Shown: positions 8,606 through 19,057 of the stretch, piece after piece | Layout: every line of letters begins with the position of its first letter | Numbering within the stretch: the stretch's first letter is position 1 | Source of the DNA: an uncultured virus (IMG/VR IMGVR_UViG_3300036793_000098) | Lineage: Duplodnaviria > Heunggongvirae > Uroviricota > Caudoviricetes | Reading direction: 5' to 3' (one strand) | Length of the DNA stretch: 64,000 nucleotides | IMG/VR virus record: IMGVR_UViG_3300036793_000098 | The notes under the pieces: generated by a model | What the model was told of the DNA's origin: nothing | What the model saw: the letters and a program-made list of their open reading frames with translations, nothing else | Database searches by the model: none | Made by a program: the position numbers and the translations under genes

Positions 8606-9717
8606 CCGGTCACCTGCTCGTCGGCAACCAGTTCACGCTTGCGCTTGCCAAAGCGGGCCTTGAGCATGTCGTTCCACTGCCCGGCCGCCACAGCGCGCTG
8701 GTAGGCCGAGTTCAGGTCAAAGACCGACGTCGCGTACTCGCACGTGATCGTGAAGTCCTCGATCACCGAGCCCTTCGTGATCGAGGCCTTGCCGCGGCTG
8801 TTGCGCCACTCGTAACAAATTCTGGCCTGCTCAGCCGCCTCCGCGTACTCCCGCAGGTTCACCCAGTGCAGCGCGGCCTTCCCCGATCCGGACGCGACAT
8901 GGAAGATCACGGCCCAGTCGTGGCTAGGCGGCCGGTGGTCCCACGGCGTGCGCTTCTTCGTAATCGGGTCATACGGCGTGGCCGTCGCGTAGACGAAACA
9001 TTGCACTCCGAATTTCGCCCCGGCGAAGTCCATCTTCTGCGCGGTCTTGACGTCCCCAACGACGACCTCACCCGCCGGCAGTACTTCGAGCACCGTGCCG
9101 TGCTTGTCCGTGACCGACATCGGCACGAGCAGCTCCACGACACGGTCGTAGGTGCCGCCGACCTGGTGGTCGTCCTGCACCACGATCTCTTCGGCGGACA
9201 GCACGCGGAAGCTCTTGGTCAGCGCCAGGTACGCGCCCACGTCCGGGCGCCACTGCTCGGGCACATGTCCGGGATCGCGCTGCATGTCGATGAGCTCGAA
9301 CACGTGGTGCAGGCTCGTGCCGATCGAAGCCTTCTCCCCCGAGCCGACCGCGTCCATCGCGTCAGAGGCCAGCTCGTCCAACTTCTTCTTCGCGGCCTTG
9401 TGCGCGTCCGGCTCGGTGTCCAGACCGATCTCCGCTCGAGTGACCGCCAGAGCGAGGTCTGGTCGGCGAGCGATTCCACGGGCAACCTGCCGCAGCTTCC
9501 AGTCGGTCAGGTTCGATTCGTTCTCTAGCGGCGAGCCGTAGGACGACGCCCGGCGATAGCCGGTCTCCTTGCTGCCGTCGGGAAGCATCACCTTCGGCCG
9601 GCCCCACTGGTCTCGGTTGTTCTCCCAGGCCTGTTGCCGGGCGAACTTGCGGGCGGCCTCCGGGTCGTCCGGGACCGCGGCTGTGTTCGTTGCTTCGCTC
9701 GCGCCCTTGATCACCAT
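8602..9717 (-). CDS. PD-(D/E)xK exonuclease (phage recombination nuclease-like)
   Basis: IGTSLH, GGTYDR and VGDVKT motifs. Confidence 0.75.
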   Translation of the reverse strand: MVIKGASEATNTAAVPDDPEAARKFARQQAWENNRDQWGRPKVMLPDGSKETGYRRASSYGSPLENESNLTDWKLRQVARGIARRPDLALAVTRAEIGLDTEPDAHKAAKKKLDELASDAMDAVGSGEKASIGTSLHHVFELIDMQRDPGHVPEQWRPDVGAYLALTKSFRVLSAEEIVVQDDHQVGGTYDRVVELLVPMSVTDKHGTVLEVLPAGEVVVGDVKTAQKMDFAGAKFGVQCFVYATATPYDPITKKRTPWDHRPPSHDWAVIFHVASGSGKAALHWVNLREYAEAAEQARICYEWRNSRGKASITKGSVIEDFTITCEYATSVFDLNSAYQRAVAAGQWNDMLKARFGKRKRELVADEQVTG

Positions 9718-9824
9718 CTGGGTTCCTTAGTTTGATCTTTAACTTCCCCGTTTTCCTGCTTGCGCGACCCTTTGCGCGCTGCGGGGCCTACGGCCCCCCC
9801 GCACAGCACGCGGACGATCTAGGG

Positions 9825-10022
9825 CAAGATCACGCAAATCGCACGCAAACCGCACGCAAACCGCGCAAGTGCTGGTCAGAGCATGTGCCAAGATCACGCA
9901 AACGCACGCAAACCTCCCCGCGTACGCACGCAAATAGGTCACGCAAACCGCACGCAAAGATCTTGAAAATCCCGGAAACCCACGCAAGTCCTGGTCAGGG
10001 GGGGTGTCAAGATCACGCAAAC
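9825..10022. repeat. Iteron cluster, putative replication origin
   Basis: CACGCAAA x9 plus CACGCAAG; CAAGATCACGCAAA x3; intergenic, directly downstream of the helicase. Confidence 0.8.
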
Positions 10023-10091
10023 CTGGATCAATTCGGATCACAGCAGGTAGACGGCCTGACTCATGATCTCGTTTGACGCGCATTATCTGGA

Positions 10092-11102
10092 TCATGGAAT
10101 GTTCCAGTAACTGGGCCCAGAACGCTTCTGATTCGGGGTCGGATCCTCGTGCACCGACTCCAGATAGCCCTTCTCCGTGAGCCAGTCCCACGCCCGTCGG
10201 ATGCCGTCGCGGCACGCAGGCAAACTGCGGCCGATGTCCTTGCCTCGGACGATCTTGAGAGCGTTGAATGTGTCGGCGCGACTGACCCCGTTCTGGCCGG
10301 CGGTCATCCGTGCGTAGCGTGCAAGGGCGCGTACGTCGTCGTGCTGCAACTTCCCGAGCTCGGCTTGCTCGATCCCGATCGGTAGTGCGCGATCGTCGGT
10401 CGACCAGTCCGGTGGCCCGACGACCGGACCGGAACCGTCAGGAACGTCGGTCGGCACCAGCACCGCCGCGGGGTGCTCGGGCACCAGTCGCCATGCCAGC
10501 GTGTGACCGGCCTCAGCGGCCTTGTCCCGGGTCACTTCCGCCGTGACCAGGGCCGGGCGCTCGTCGTCCTTGGTCACCCGGATCTCGGTATCCATAGCCG
10601 CGGTACCCGCTGACGACCCACGAGCACGGTTGCCCTCGTAACCGGTGTGATCGACCAGCAGGACGCAGCACCCGGCCGCCTTGCGGATCAGGTCCAGTGC
10701 GCGGCGCATCACCGCGAAGTCGCTGGCCGAGTTCTCCTCGCCGACCATCATCGCGTTCTTGGTGTCCAGCACGACCAGGGCCGGCTGGTTCTCCGTCACC
10801 CAGTCGACCAGCTGCTTGACGCCGATCTCGGTCAGCATCACCGCGTCGGGCACCGCGAAGAACTGTCCGTCGAGCACGTCCAGCGACACATTGTTCTTGG
10901 ACATCCACGCTTCCATGCGATCGCCGTTGACCGCCTGTCCCTCGGCCATCACGTAGATCACGCGCTGCGCCTTCAGCCGCCGGCCCCCCCAGAACCGGCC
11001 GGCGGCCATCGACAGCGCGAGATCGAGGGCGACGAACGACTTGCCGCTGCCTGGAGCCCCGTACATCCGGGAGAGCGAGTCCCGGTAGATCATGTAGCTC
11101 AT
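10092..11102 (-). CDS. RepA/AAA_25-type replicative helicase
   Basis: GAPGSGKS Walker A, YVMAEG, LVVLDT, DHTG..RARGSSA. Confidence 0.85.
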   Translation of the reverse strand: MSYMIYRDSLSRMYGAPGSGKSFVALDLALSMAAGRFWGGRRLKAQRVIYVMAEGQAVNGDRMEAWMSKNNVSLDVLDGQFFAVPDAVMLTEIGVKQLVDWVTENQPALVVLDTKNAMMVGEENSASDFAVMRRALDLIRKAAGCCVLLVDHTGYEGNRARGSSAGTAAMDTEIRVTKDDERPALVTAEVTRDKAAEAGHTLAWRLVPEHPAAVLVPTDVPDGSGPVVGPPDWSTDDRALPIGIEQAELGKLQHDDVRALARYARMTAGQNGVSRADTFNALKIVRGKDIGRSLPACRDGIRRAWDWLTEKGYLESVHEDPTPNQKRSGPSYWNIP

Positions 11103-12535
11103 GCCATTCCCTCCGGCCGTGGTGCGTTGATCAGCGGTCCCGATCCGAAGACACGCAGCGGTGCGGTGTCCCGCGCGGCCACCCGCTGCTGGGCCGTCAG
11201 ACGGACTAGCTCGTGCTCAACCTCGCGCCGGACCCGGCGCTCGAACTCCATCTCCGGAGTGAATTTGGGCAGCTCCGAAGGCGCGTCGTCCTCGTCCTCT
11301 TCGAGCTCGTCGTCCTCGGTGTCGTCATCCACGTCCGGCTCGTCCTCAACGTCCGAGCTCGTTGGCTGGTCCGGGTCCTCGACCCATGTGCCGAAAGGGC
11401 CGCGTATCACCGTGGGCCCTGGCATCTGCACGCCGAGGTGATCGAGCATCCGACCCATCCGCCCCTCACCCTCGGTGAAGGTCAGGATCTGGATCTTGGT
11501 CAACGTTCGGGATCCGTACTGCGCGACAGCCGCCGCGACCGCTTCCGAGGGGTAGTCGGTCCAGATGTGCAGCGGTCCGTGTCCGCGTTCGCAGATGTAG
11601 ACCGAGCAGCCGGGCTCGTGCGCCGTGGCTGACTTGGGCGAGCCGTGGTCACCAGGCGCGGTGTAGATGGGGCAGCCGCAGGTGTCGACGAGCCCGGTCT
11701 CGATCCAGCCGTCCGGGGCGAGGATGGTCGCCCAGCTGGTCGCGGCGGACCAGTCGTCGATCTCGCTCGGCCCGGTCAGCGCGCGCCTACGGACCGACTC
11801 CTCGCGCCGCAGCTGCTTCGCTGCGGTCTCGGTCTTGATGACGCTGCGCAGCCAATCTGGCATCGGGTGGATCGACCCGACCAGCACGTACGGGCCTTCC
11901 TCCCGCGCCGACGGTGGGACGAGTACCTGGTGCTCGCCCCACACCGCCGTCCAGCCCGCGGTGTCGGTGTAGATGCCCTCAGTGGTCGGCATCTCGATCT
12001 CGTCGGGCACGTCGAACCAGATGTGTCCGCCGTCCTTGTGCACCCAGTTGCCGGTCTTGTCCCGTTGGCCGGGGCTGCGGACGGTCAGCGACGGCCGATC
12101 TTGGCCGCAGCGCAGCGCGAACTCGGCGGCTTGCCGCGCGGTGTCCAGGTCGACGATGCACACCCGGGACGCCCGGGGCTCGATCCCGATGTTGAACCGC
12201 TCGCGCCGAGACACCCGGGTCAGGACCCGGGTCGCGGTCTTGAGATCAGTGATCGCGTGTGTGAGCCCGCACGCGTGGGTGCGCCGGTCCCAGATCGGAT
12301 CGTGCGCGGCGACCGCGGCGTCCCGGGCGGCTTGGTCGGCCCGCTTGCGTTCAACCGCTGTCAGTGTGCAGAGCGGGATCTTCGTGCCGGCCCGGTTGAG
12401 CACGATCGCCAGTCCTTGCGCCACCATCGCCTCGCCGGCGCGGATCAACTGCTTGCGGGATAGCTCGTCATCGCCGAGTACAGCTGTGGAGTCCAGCGTG
12501 CCCAGTGCGACGGCCAGTCGGTGTTCAGCGTGCAT
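11099..12535 (-). CDS. Bifunctional primase-polymerase (prim-pol) domain protein
   Basis: NIGIE..CIVDLD, TVRSPG, GGHIWF, VLVPPS. Confidence 0.8.
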   Translation of the reverse strand: MHAEHRLAVALGTLDSTAVLGDDELSRKQLIRAGEAMVAQGLAIVLNRAGTKIPLCTLTAVERKRADQAARDAAVAAHDPIWDRRTHACGLTHAITDLKTATRVLTRVSRRERFNIGIEPRASRVCIVDLDTARQAAEFALRCGQDRPSLTVRSPGQRDKTGNWVHKDGGHIWFDVPDEIEMPTTEGIYTDTAGWTAVWGEHQVLVPPSAREEGPYVLVGSIHPMPDWLRSVIKTETAAKQLRREESVRRRALTGPSEIDDWSAATSWATILAPDGWIETGLVDTCGCPIYTAPGDHGSPKSATAHEPGCSVYICERGHGPLHIWTDYPSEAVAAAVAQYGSRTLTKIQILTFTEGEGRMGRMLDHLGVQMPGPTVIRGPFGTWVEDPDQPTSSDVEDEPDVDDDTEDDELEEDEDDAPSELPKFTPEMEFERRVRREVEHELVRLTAQQRVAARDTAPLRVFGSGPLINAPRPEGMA

Positions 12536-14392
12536 CTAGGCCACCGCCCAGCGAATACCCAGGTCAAGCCGGTCAGTCCGTAGCACGGGGACGCGTTCGG
12601 CGAACTCGCACAGCCGGTCCGGTGGCGTCTCCATGATCTTGCGTATGTCCGAGGCAGCCGCGGTGCTGACGATCAGTTCGTCGTGCATGCTCAGGTAGAC
12701 CGCGTCGCCGAGTCCGGCGTCCTCGATCGAGACCAGCGTTTCGGCCAACAGGTCGTAGGCCGAACCTTGAACGGTGTAGTTGATCCCCTTGTGCGTCTGG
12801 ACGCTGGTGCGACCCTCATAGGTACCGACCGGGATCGGCAGGATGCGCCCGGACAACGTGATGACCTTCATGTGTTGCTCGGCCTCACGGCGAAGCTGAC
12901 GGGTGAATGCGGCCACCCGAGGCATCGCGTCGAACACCGAGTCGCGGATCGCGTGCGCCTCGTCCACGGTGCAATCCAGCTGCCCGGACAGCTTCCCCAC
13001 GCCGAGCCCGTACAGCACACCGAGCAGTACCGTCTTGGCCTGCTTGCGGGAGATGCCGGCCTTCTCCGCGACCGGTAGGTACAGGTCCGCCGCCACGGTC
13101 GCGTCCTCGTACCGAGAGACGATGTCCTTCTCGCCGGCGAGGTTGGCCACGATCAGCGGCTCGATCTGTGACCAGTCGATCGAGGTTCCCTCGTCGCCCT
13201 CGTCGAACATCACGATCCCCCGCGCCGGCTCGGGGAACTGCTGCAGCGGCGGAGTTCCGTACGAGGTACGTCCGGTGGTCGCCTTCAGCAGGCCGATGTC
13301 GGGGTGGATGCGACCGGACGAGCTCGCCAGCTCGACGACCTTGGCCAGGTAGTCCTCGTCGTTCTTGACCAGCTTCTTACGTCGAACGAAGGACTGCGCT
13401 AGCGGGTGGTCCAGGTTCTCCAGGTGTGTCGCGGTCGCGGACAGCTTGCCGGTCTTGGTGCGCGGGTGGTCGTCCGGCACGGCGCCGAGCGACTCGAGGA
13501 CCGGGAACAACGTGTTCGCGTTCGTGACCTTGATGCCGGCTGCCTCGAGCACAGCGGTGTCGGCGTTGATCGCGGCCATGTTCTCGTCGCGGTAGGCATC
13601 CAGGTACTCGAGGTCGACGCGCAGCCCTTTGACCGAGCGACGCAACAGCATGCGGTTGATCCGCTGCTCGCGGTCGACGAGCTGCCAGGCCGCTGGGCCA
13701 CTTACTCCGTCGTCTCCGTACGGGTGCCCGGAAGTCAGCCGGCGGTACGCGGCGTCGCGCGTGACCGGCACCAGCCGGGCGGTACGGACCACGTCCAGCG
13801 CGGCGGCGTGCACGAACACCGGCATATGCAGATCGACAGTCCGGAATCCCTCGCGCTGGTTCGCCACTCCCATCACGCGGAACATGGCCTTGTTACCGTT
13901 GGTGGCCTTGCTCGTGTCGCCGGAGCCCAGGTATCGCTCCCAGGTATCGGTCAGCGACTTGCGGACGAGCTCGTCCGGTTCAGCGAGGCGGGCGTAGATA
14001 ACGCCGTCCGTGACCTTCGCGCAGAACTCGGTGCCGAGCAGTCCGTTGCGCGCCAGGTTCGGTACGTCGTACGCCGAGTTCCAGAACAGCAGCTCGCGGG
14101 CGAACTCCAGAGACTTGACGATCAGATCGCGCTGCAGGTCGTCGCGCGGGTCGCAGATCACCGCGCTGGTCGTGGTGCCGAACGTGACCGACTTCAGGTT
14201 CAGCGCGGCGGAGCCGAGCCCCTCGGTTTCGATGTCCACCGCGATCGGCGCGCGGGACATCAGGATCGTCCGGAGCGCGTCCTTGATGTGGTCGCGGCCG
14301 ATCGTGTAAGTGAACCGAGCATCGCCAGCGTCGATGGTCTCGGTACCGCAGAACTGGGGCCGCGCTGGTTCACGGCCGGGTGAAGGATCCAT
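12536..14392 (-). CDS. polA: Family A DNA polymerase with 3'-5' exonuclease
   Basis: DIET ExoI, TTGRTS, DWSQIE (A), RKQAKTVLLGVLYG (B), VQGSAYD, HDEL (C). Confidence 0.92.
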   Translation of the reverse strand: MDPSPGREPARPQFCGTETIDAGDARFTYTIGRDHIKDALRTILMSRAPIAVDIETEGLGSAALNLKSVTFGTTTSAVICDPRDDLQRDLIVKSLEFARELLFWNSAYDVPNLARNGLLGTEFCAKVTDGVIYARLAEPDELVRKSLTDTWERYLGSGDTSKATNGNKAMFRVMGVANQREGFRTVDLHMPVFVHAAALDVVRTARLVPVTRDAAYRRLTSGHPYGDDGVSGPAAWQLVDREQRINRMLLRRSVKGLRVDLEYLDAYRDENMAAINADTAVLEAAGIKVTNANTLFPVLESLGAVPDDHPRTKTGKLSATATHLENLDHPLAQSFVRRKKLVKNDEDYLAKVVELASSSGRIHPDIGLLKATTGRTSYGTPPLQQFPEPARGIVMFDEGDEGTSIDWSQIEPLIVANLAGEKDIVSRYEDATVAADLYLPVAEKAGISRKQAKTVLLGVLYGLGVGKLSGQLDCTVDEAHAIRDSVFDAMPRVAAFTRQLRREAEQHMKVITLSGRILPIPVGTYEGRTSVQTHKGINYTVQGSAYDLLAETLVSIEDAGLGDAVYLSMHDELIVSTAAASDIRKIMETPPDRLCEFAERVPVLRTDRLDLGIRWAVA

Positions 14393-14526
14393 CAGGCAGC
14401 CCTCAGGGCGCGCGGACCAGCATCGGGGCGCTGGTTTGATAGCGATGACACGGGAGGTCCGCCTTCGGTGTCGGGTCGTCGTCCGGTGTTGGCGCACTGG
14501 GTGACTGATCAGTAGGGAAGGAGGCG

Positions 14527-14565
14527 GCCGGTAGGGGCTTCCGTGGGTTGCGGTCCCCTACCGGC
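14527..14565 (-). terminator. Hairpin between the SSB-like gene and polA
   Basis: GCCGGTAGGGG / CCCCTACCGGC inverted repeat. Confidence 0.5.
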
Positions 14566-14603
14566 ACGCCGCGTCGTGCTAACTACTTAGACGTGCAGGA
14601 AGA

Positions 14604-15023
14604 TCAGAAAGGAGGCTCTTCCTCGTCCTTCTTCGCGCCACCCTGCGCCGGCACCGAACCGCCGGCGCTGTACTTCGCCAGCGCGGCCTGTGCCAGTTCC
14701 ACATCGCCCGCGTGCTCGGCCTGCAGGCCTACGGCCTTGCGTGTGCCGTACACGTCCAACCGACCAACGACGTCGTCGCCGACCTCCTGCAACTTGTTGC
14801 GGATCCCTGCTTTCAAGATCCTTTCGTCCGCGTACACCGTGCCGGCCAGCGAACCGGTCAGGACGATGACGCGGGCCCTGACGGCGGCCACCTCACCGTT
14901 GCCGTAGTCCTTGGCCGGCAAGATCTCCTTGACCGTGCAGACAACGGCGGCGTTCTCCGCTGCCAACGCCGCCCAGTCGATGTAGTCCGAGTCGACGGTT
15001 GTACTGGCTCCCCGTAGTGCCAT
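14604..15023 (-). CDS. Putative ssDNA-binding protein
   Basis: Acidic C-terminal DEEEPPF tail; next to polA; strong RBS. Confidence 0.55.
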   Translation of the reverse strand: MALRGASTTVDSDYIDWAALAAENAAVVCTVKEILPAKDYGNGEVAAVRARVIVLTGSLAGTVYADERILKAGIRNKLQEVGDDVVGRLDVYGTRKAVGLQAEHAGDVELAQAALAKYSAGGSVPAQGGAKKDEEEPPF

Positions 15024-15101
15024 TTCCTTCTCCTTGTGTCTCTTCACTACCCGTGCCGGACGGTTGCCCGGTCGGGGTGTCTGTGGGTTAGATCCGCGAG
15101 C

Positions 15102-15305
15102 TCACTTCACAACCCCCGCCCGCATCGCCAGCAGCACCGCGTGCGCCCGGTCGTTGGCCCCGGTCAACCGGTAGAACTCCTTCAGGTGCGTGTTGACGGT
15201 GTGGTGCGACAGGTGCAGCTCCGTGCCGATCTGTTCGTTGGTCATGCCCTCGGCGACCAGGGCGAGGATCTCGACGTGCCGTTTGGTGATCGGGAGGTCG
15301 TTCAC
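15102..15305 (-). CDS. Stand-alone LuxR/GerE HTH regulator
   Basis: ITKRHVEILALVAEGMTNEQIGTELHLSHHTVNTHL...DRAHAV. Confidence 0.85.
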   Translation of the reverse strand: MNDLPITKRHVEILALVAEGMTNEQIGTELHLSHHTVNTHLKEFYRLTGANDRAHAVLLAMRAGVVK

Positions 15306-15486
15306 GCCGCACCCGCCTTCGCGCACCCGGCGCACGCGAACCGCACGTCCCCGGACGCGACCAACGACCGGGGCCAGTCGATGCCGTCCGGGCAGCGCTC
15401 GAGGCAATCGCGGTGGAAGTAGCCCAGGTCAGGCAGGTACACGATCTCGCTGCGGTCGGACAGTGCGCCGGCGCATTCGTCGCATC

Positions 15487-15828
15487 TCATGCGGCCACCC
15501 CGTCCGCGTCCTGGGCTAGCAGTACCGCCAGCTCCCGTCCGGACCGGGTCAGGTGCCACACGATCGCCGGCCGCCCGCCGCCCTGGTGTCCCGCGCCGGA
15601 CAGTTCCTCGACGACCTCGATCAGGCCGAACAGGCGTAGCTTCGCCAGCCACCGGGCGGTGTTGCCCTGGTCCTGTCTGGCCTCGCACGCGATCTCCGAC
15701 CCGTACGCGGAGCCGAGCTGCCACAGCGTGGTGAGCACGCAGGCGATGCCGGCCGAGGGTGTGCGGCGGTCTTTGAACTCGCCGTGTCGGTTGCGGGCGG
15801 TGGTCCAGAGGCGCTCGATGTCGTTCAC
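15487..15828 (-). CDS. PadR-like winged-helix protein
   Basis: AYGSEIA...WLAKLRLFGLIE...GRPAIVWHLTRSGRE. Confidence 0.65.
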   Translation of the reverse strand: MNDIERLWTTARNRHGEFKDRRTPSAGIACVLTTLWQLGSAYGSEIACEARQDQGNTARWLAKLRLFGLIEVVEELSGAGHQGGGRPAIVWHLTRSGRELAVLLAQDADGVAA

Positions 15829-16992
15829 GCCGCCGCCTCCCACTTGGCCGCGTCCGCGCGCACCCCGTTGATCAGCGCGACGAGCTTGGTCCTGTCGCCG
15901 ATCCACGTGTGCGACCCCATGAACGACAGCGCTTCGGCGACCACCCCGGCGACGGCCGCGTCGTAGATCTTCCGGGCGAGGATGCCGGCGCGGGTCGCTT
16001 CACCGGACAGGGCGTTGCTGGGGGTGGCGGCCTGGTACGGGCCGGAGTAGTAGGTCATCGGCGTCGCTCCATGACCAGGACCATCAACTGGCAGAGGCCG
16101 AAGCCGGCGCAGGCGCCGCAGCACAGCCAGCTGAACCACGCGCTCGAAGGGCTAGCGATCAGCGCCATGGGGACGTTCACTGCCGCCATGAGGAACGCGA
16201 TGACGATGGGGATCATGCGGCGGCCCTCAGGCCCGCCACGTTAGGCAGGTGGACGCGCACGGACTCTTCGGCCAGGTAGTAGTTCTGGCCCTTGATCTCG
16301 ACGATGACACCGGACGTGGTGTAGTTCGAGTAGCGACCCCGCATCACTCCCATGCCGAACTTGGTCGTCACGAAGTCGCCGATGCGAACCGGGATTTTGA
16401 AATCAACGGCCATGGTGTCCTCCGTGCGAATGTGAGCCCTGGTGGTGACCACCTACGTGCCCGTCCGAGCGGTGGTGTCGTCCGCCGGTATGACCGTGGT
16501 GTGCGTGTCCCCGGTCGGGAGAATGTCCGTCCAGGTGATGGTGTGATCCGGGTCGATCGTGATGTCCACCGTGAACCCAGTGACCTTCTCGTAGGCCTCG
16601 ATCGCGGCGAGTGCGTACTTCGACAGTGCGATGCCGTCCGACATAGGTATCTCCGTCGTCGTGGTGGTGGGGCTGGTGCTCGCGCCCCCGATTAACGCGA
16701 GCACCAGTCCCACGGTCGGGATGCGGGAGCCGCGGGAACAGCTCACGCGCATCCGAGGTCAGTACGTGCGGGATCCGCACCAGCTCCAAGCCCGAGCCCA
16801 TGCCCGGCAGCACGTCCAGGGGCTTCGTGGGCACCGGGGCGAGGGCGGCGGGCGGGGAGGACAGGTCGCGGGTCAACGTCGCGGGCAGCGGCGACAACAA
16901 CAGCCCCGCCAGGCCCAACGTGCCGAACGCGAGGCCGTTGACGGTGAGCAGGATCGCCGCCCCGGATCGGGTGTCGCGGTTGATTCGATGCT

Positions 16993-17808
16993 TCATTTGG
17001 ACACCGGGGCCTTAATCATCTCCGCGTAGAGCTCGATCGCGGATTCCTGAAGGCGGGTGACCGTGGGCTGTAGAACGTCCCCGGCAGCGGCCCTGGCAGC
17101 GTCCCCGGCAGCGTCCCAGGCAGCGGCCCTGGCAGCGTCCCAGGCAGCGTCCCCGGCAGCGTCCCAGGCAGCGTCCCCGGCAGCGTCCCCGGCAGCGTCC
17201 CTGGCAGCGTCCCAGGCAGCGTCCCAGGCAGCGTCCCAGGCAGCGTCCCAGGCAGCGTCCCTGGCAGCGTCCCAGGCAGCGTCCCTGGCAGCGGCCCTGG
17301 CAGCGTCCCAGGCAGCGTCCCTGGCAGCGTCCCAGGCAGCGTCCCTGGCAGCGGCCCTGGCAGCGGCCGCGTTCTTCTGGCCCCCGCGAACCACCGGGCC
17401 GGCCCGCTCGGCGGACACCAGATCCACGATCCGACCCAGCTCACGGATCTTGCGGGCGTCTTCACGGCACGCCGGCACCAGGTCCAACCAGGTCGGCAGC
17501 CAAGTGCGGATCAGCCAGTCCAACGCCATGTAGCCGCGGGTTTCGTCCGCGCCATCATCGGCAGTTCCCAGCAACGCGGGGATCAGTGGCACCAGATACT
17601 GCCGCAGGTCATCCGGCAACACATCGTTCAGGTTTCGCCCGAACGTCCCCAAAATCGGGGACACACACTTCGGGCGATCCGAGTGCTGCTCGTTCGCCAG
17701 ATACGCTGCCGCCTCCATCAGGCACATGCCCTGATCCGGAGAGTTATGCGCACCCGACTTCAGGGTGATGTTGGTGTAACGACTCGGGTCGATCGTAATC
17801 TCAGACAT
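16993..17808 (-). CDS. Phage protein with tandem AA(W/R/G)D repeats
   Basis: N-terminal [19 protein letters not shown] domain followed by repeats. Confidence 0.75.
   Translation of the reverse strand: MSEITIDPSRYTNITLKSGAHNSPDQGMCLMEAAAYLANEQHSDRPKCVSPILGTFGRNLNDVLPDDLRQYLVPLIPALLGTADDGADETRGYMALDWLIRTWLPTWLDLVPACREDARKIRELGRIVDLVSAERAGPVVRGGQKNAAAARAAARDAAWDAARDAAWDAARAAARDAAWDAARDAAWDAAWDAAWDAAWDAARDAAGDAAGDAAWDAAGDAAWDAARAAAWDAAGDAARAAAGDVLQPTVTRLQESAIELYAEMIKAPVSK
17076..17368. repeat. 12-bp tandem repeat (~24 units) encoding [12 protein letters not shown]
   Basis: GCAGCG(T/G)CCC(A/C/T)G repeated in tandem. Confidence 0.9.
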
Positions 17809-19057
17809 TCGAGGTCTCCTTCGGTTGGGCTGCGGCGTTCACGTCAGCCCCAAGCCAGATAGCGGAGGTTGGACCCGACCAGCGAGGTCAGGCCCCCGTT
17901 GCTTTCCAGGTACTCGACGTAGGTGAGGACCGCTGCCAACCTGCGTTCGAGGTGCTTGACCTCGTCGACCAGCTCCGTGACCTCGTCAGTGGCGTGTTCA
18001 GTCATCGCGGGCGCCGCCGTCCAACATCGCCGCCGCCTGCAACATCCCGTTGCGCCACTCCGGCAACGGGGACCGGATCGCTTCCGCGCGGATCGCCTCC
18101 GCGAGCTCCCGGATCACCACGTTCGGTGTCACGGACCGGACCGCGGCGCGCAGGCGGGTGTTCTCTTCCTGCAGTTGCTCACGTGTTCGCATTGGAGACC
18201 TCGATCCGACCGTGGTTGTTGACAAGCACCTGCCGCCCGCCCGCCCACCACTCGCCAACACGGGAGCCGACCATCACCGCGCCGACCAGCCACAGCACCG
18301 CGCAGATGAGTCCAATGACGGCGGCGCCGACTGTGGCAACACCGCGGCGTGCGTAGTACCCACGACTAATTGACATCGGCTTCAATCCGTTCCAGCTCGC
18401 ACATCAGGCACGGCTCGTCCCGCCGGGCGCCGGCGATGAACGCGCCGACGATCGGGGCGACGAGCACCGCGACGCACAGCCACGCCATCCCCCAGGCGGC
18501 GGCTTCGAGCGCGACGCGGATCATCGGTTCTGCTCCCGGTCGCGGCGCAGCTGCTCGAAGAACTGCCAGCCCCGCACCGCCGAATCCACGCCGAGCCACA
18601 CCACGACGCCGACGCCGGCGAGTAGGAGCGCGATCAGCAGCCAGGCGGCGAGCGCGATCACCATGACCCCTCCTTCGTGATGACCTCAGCCATCAGCACG
18701 GTCGCTTCGGTGCGCGGGGAGATGCGGCCTTCGTCCAGGTCCACGAATGCGGACGCGATCTGGTCGCGCTGGGTGGCAGCCTCGATCGAGGTGTCAAAGG
18801 CCAGGTGGGACTGGGCCTTGACGAGGATGTCCCAGTAGGAGGACTTCGATGCGGCGTTCATGCGGCACCGGCCAGGAACGTCTCAGCGTCGGCCAGCACC
18901 TCGAACACGTGCTCAGCCACGTCGTGGCCCGTGCAGTAGTCCGCGAACACCTTCCAACAGGCGCACTCGAGGACAGCGCCACCTGGGCGCACGTGCAGCT
19001 GACTGGCCAGCTCCATGAGCCGGAGCTCGGTCATCTTCCGTAGCGCCGACGCCGCGT

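Noticed and set aside
9732..10215. ORFs across the iteron region
   Set aside because: Translations just mirror the repeats; no RBS or domain
16993..17808. DGR target/variable repeat
   Set aside because: No reverse transcriptase or template repeat in the window; variation is not adenine-specific
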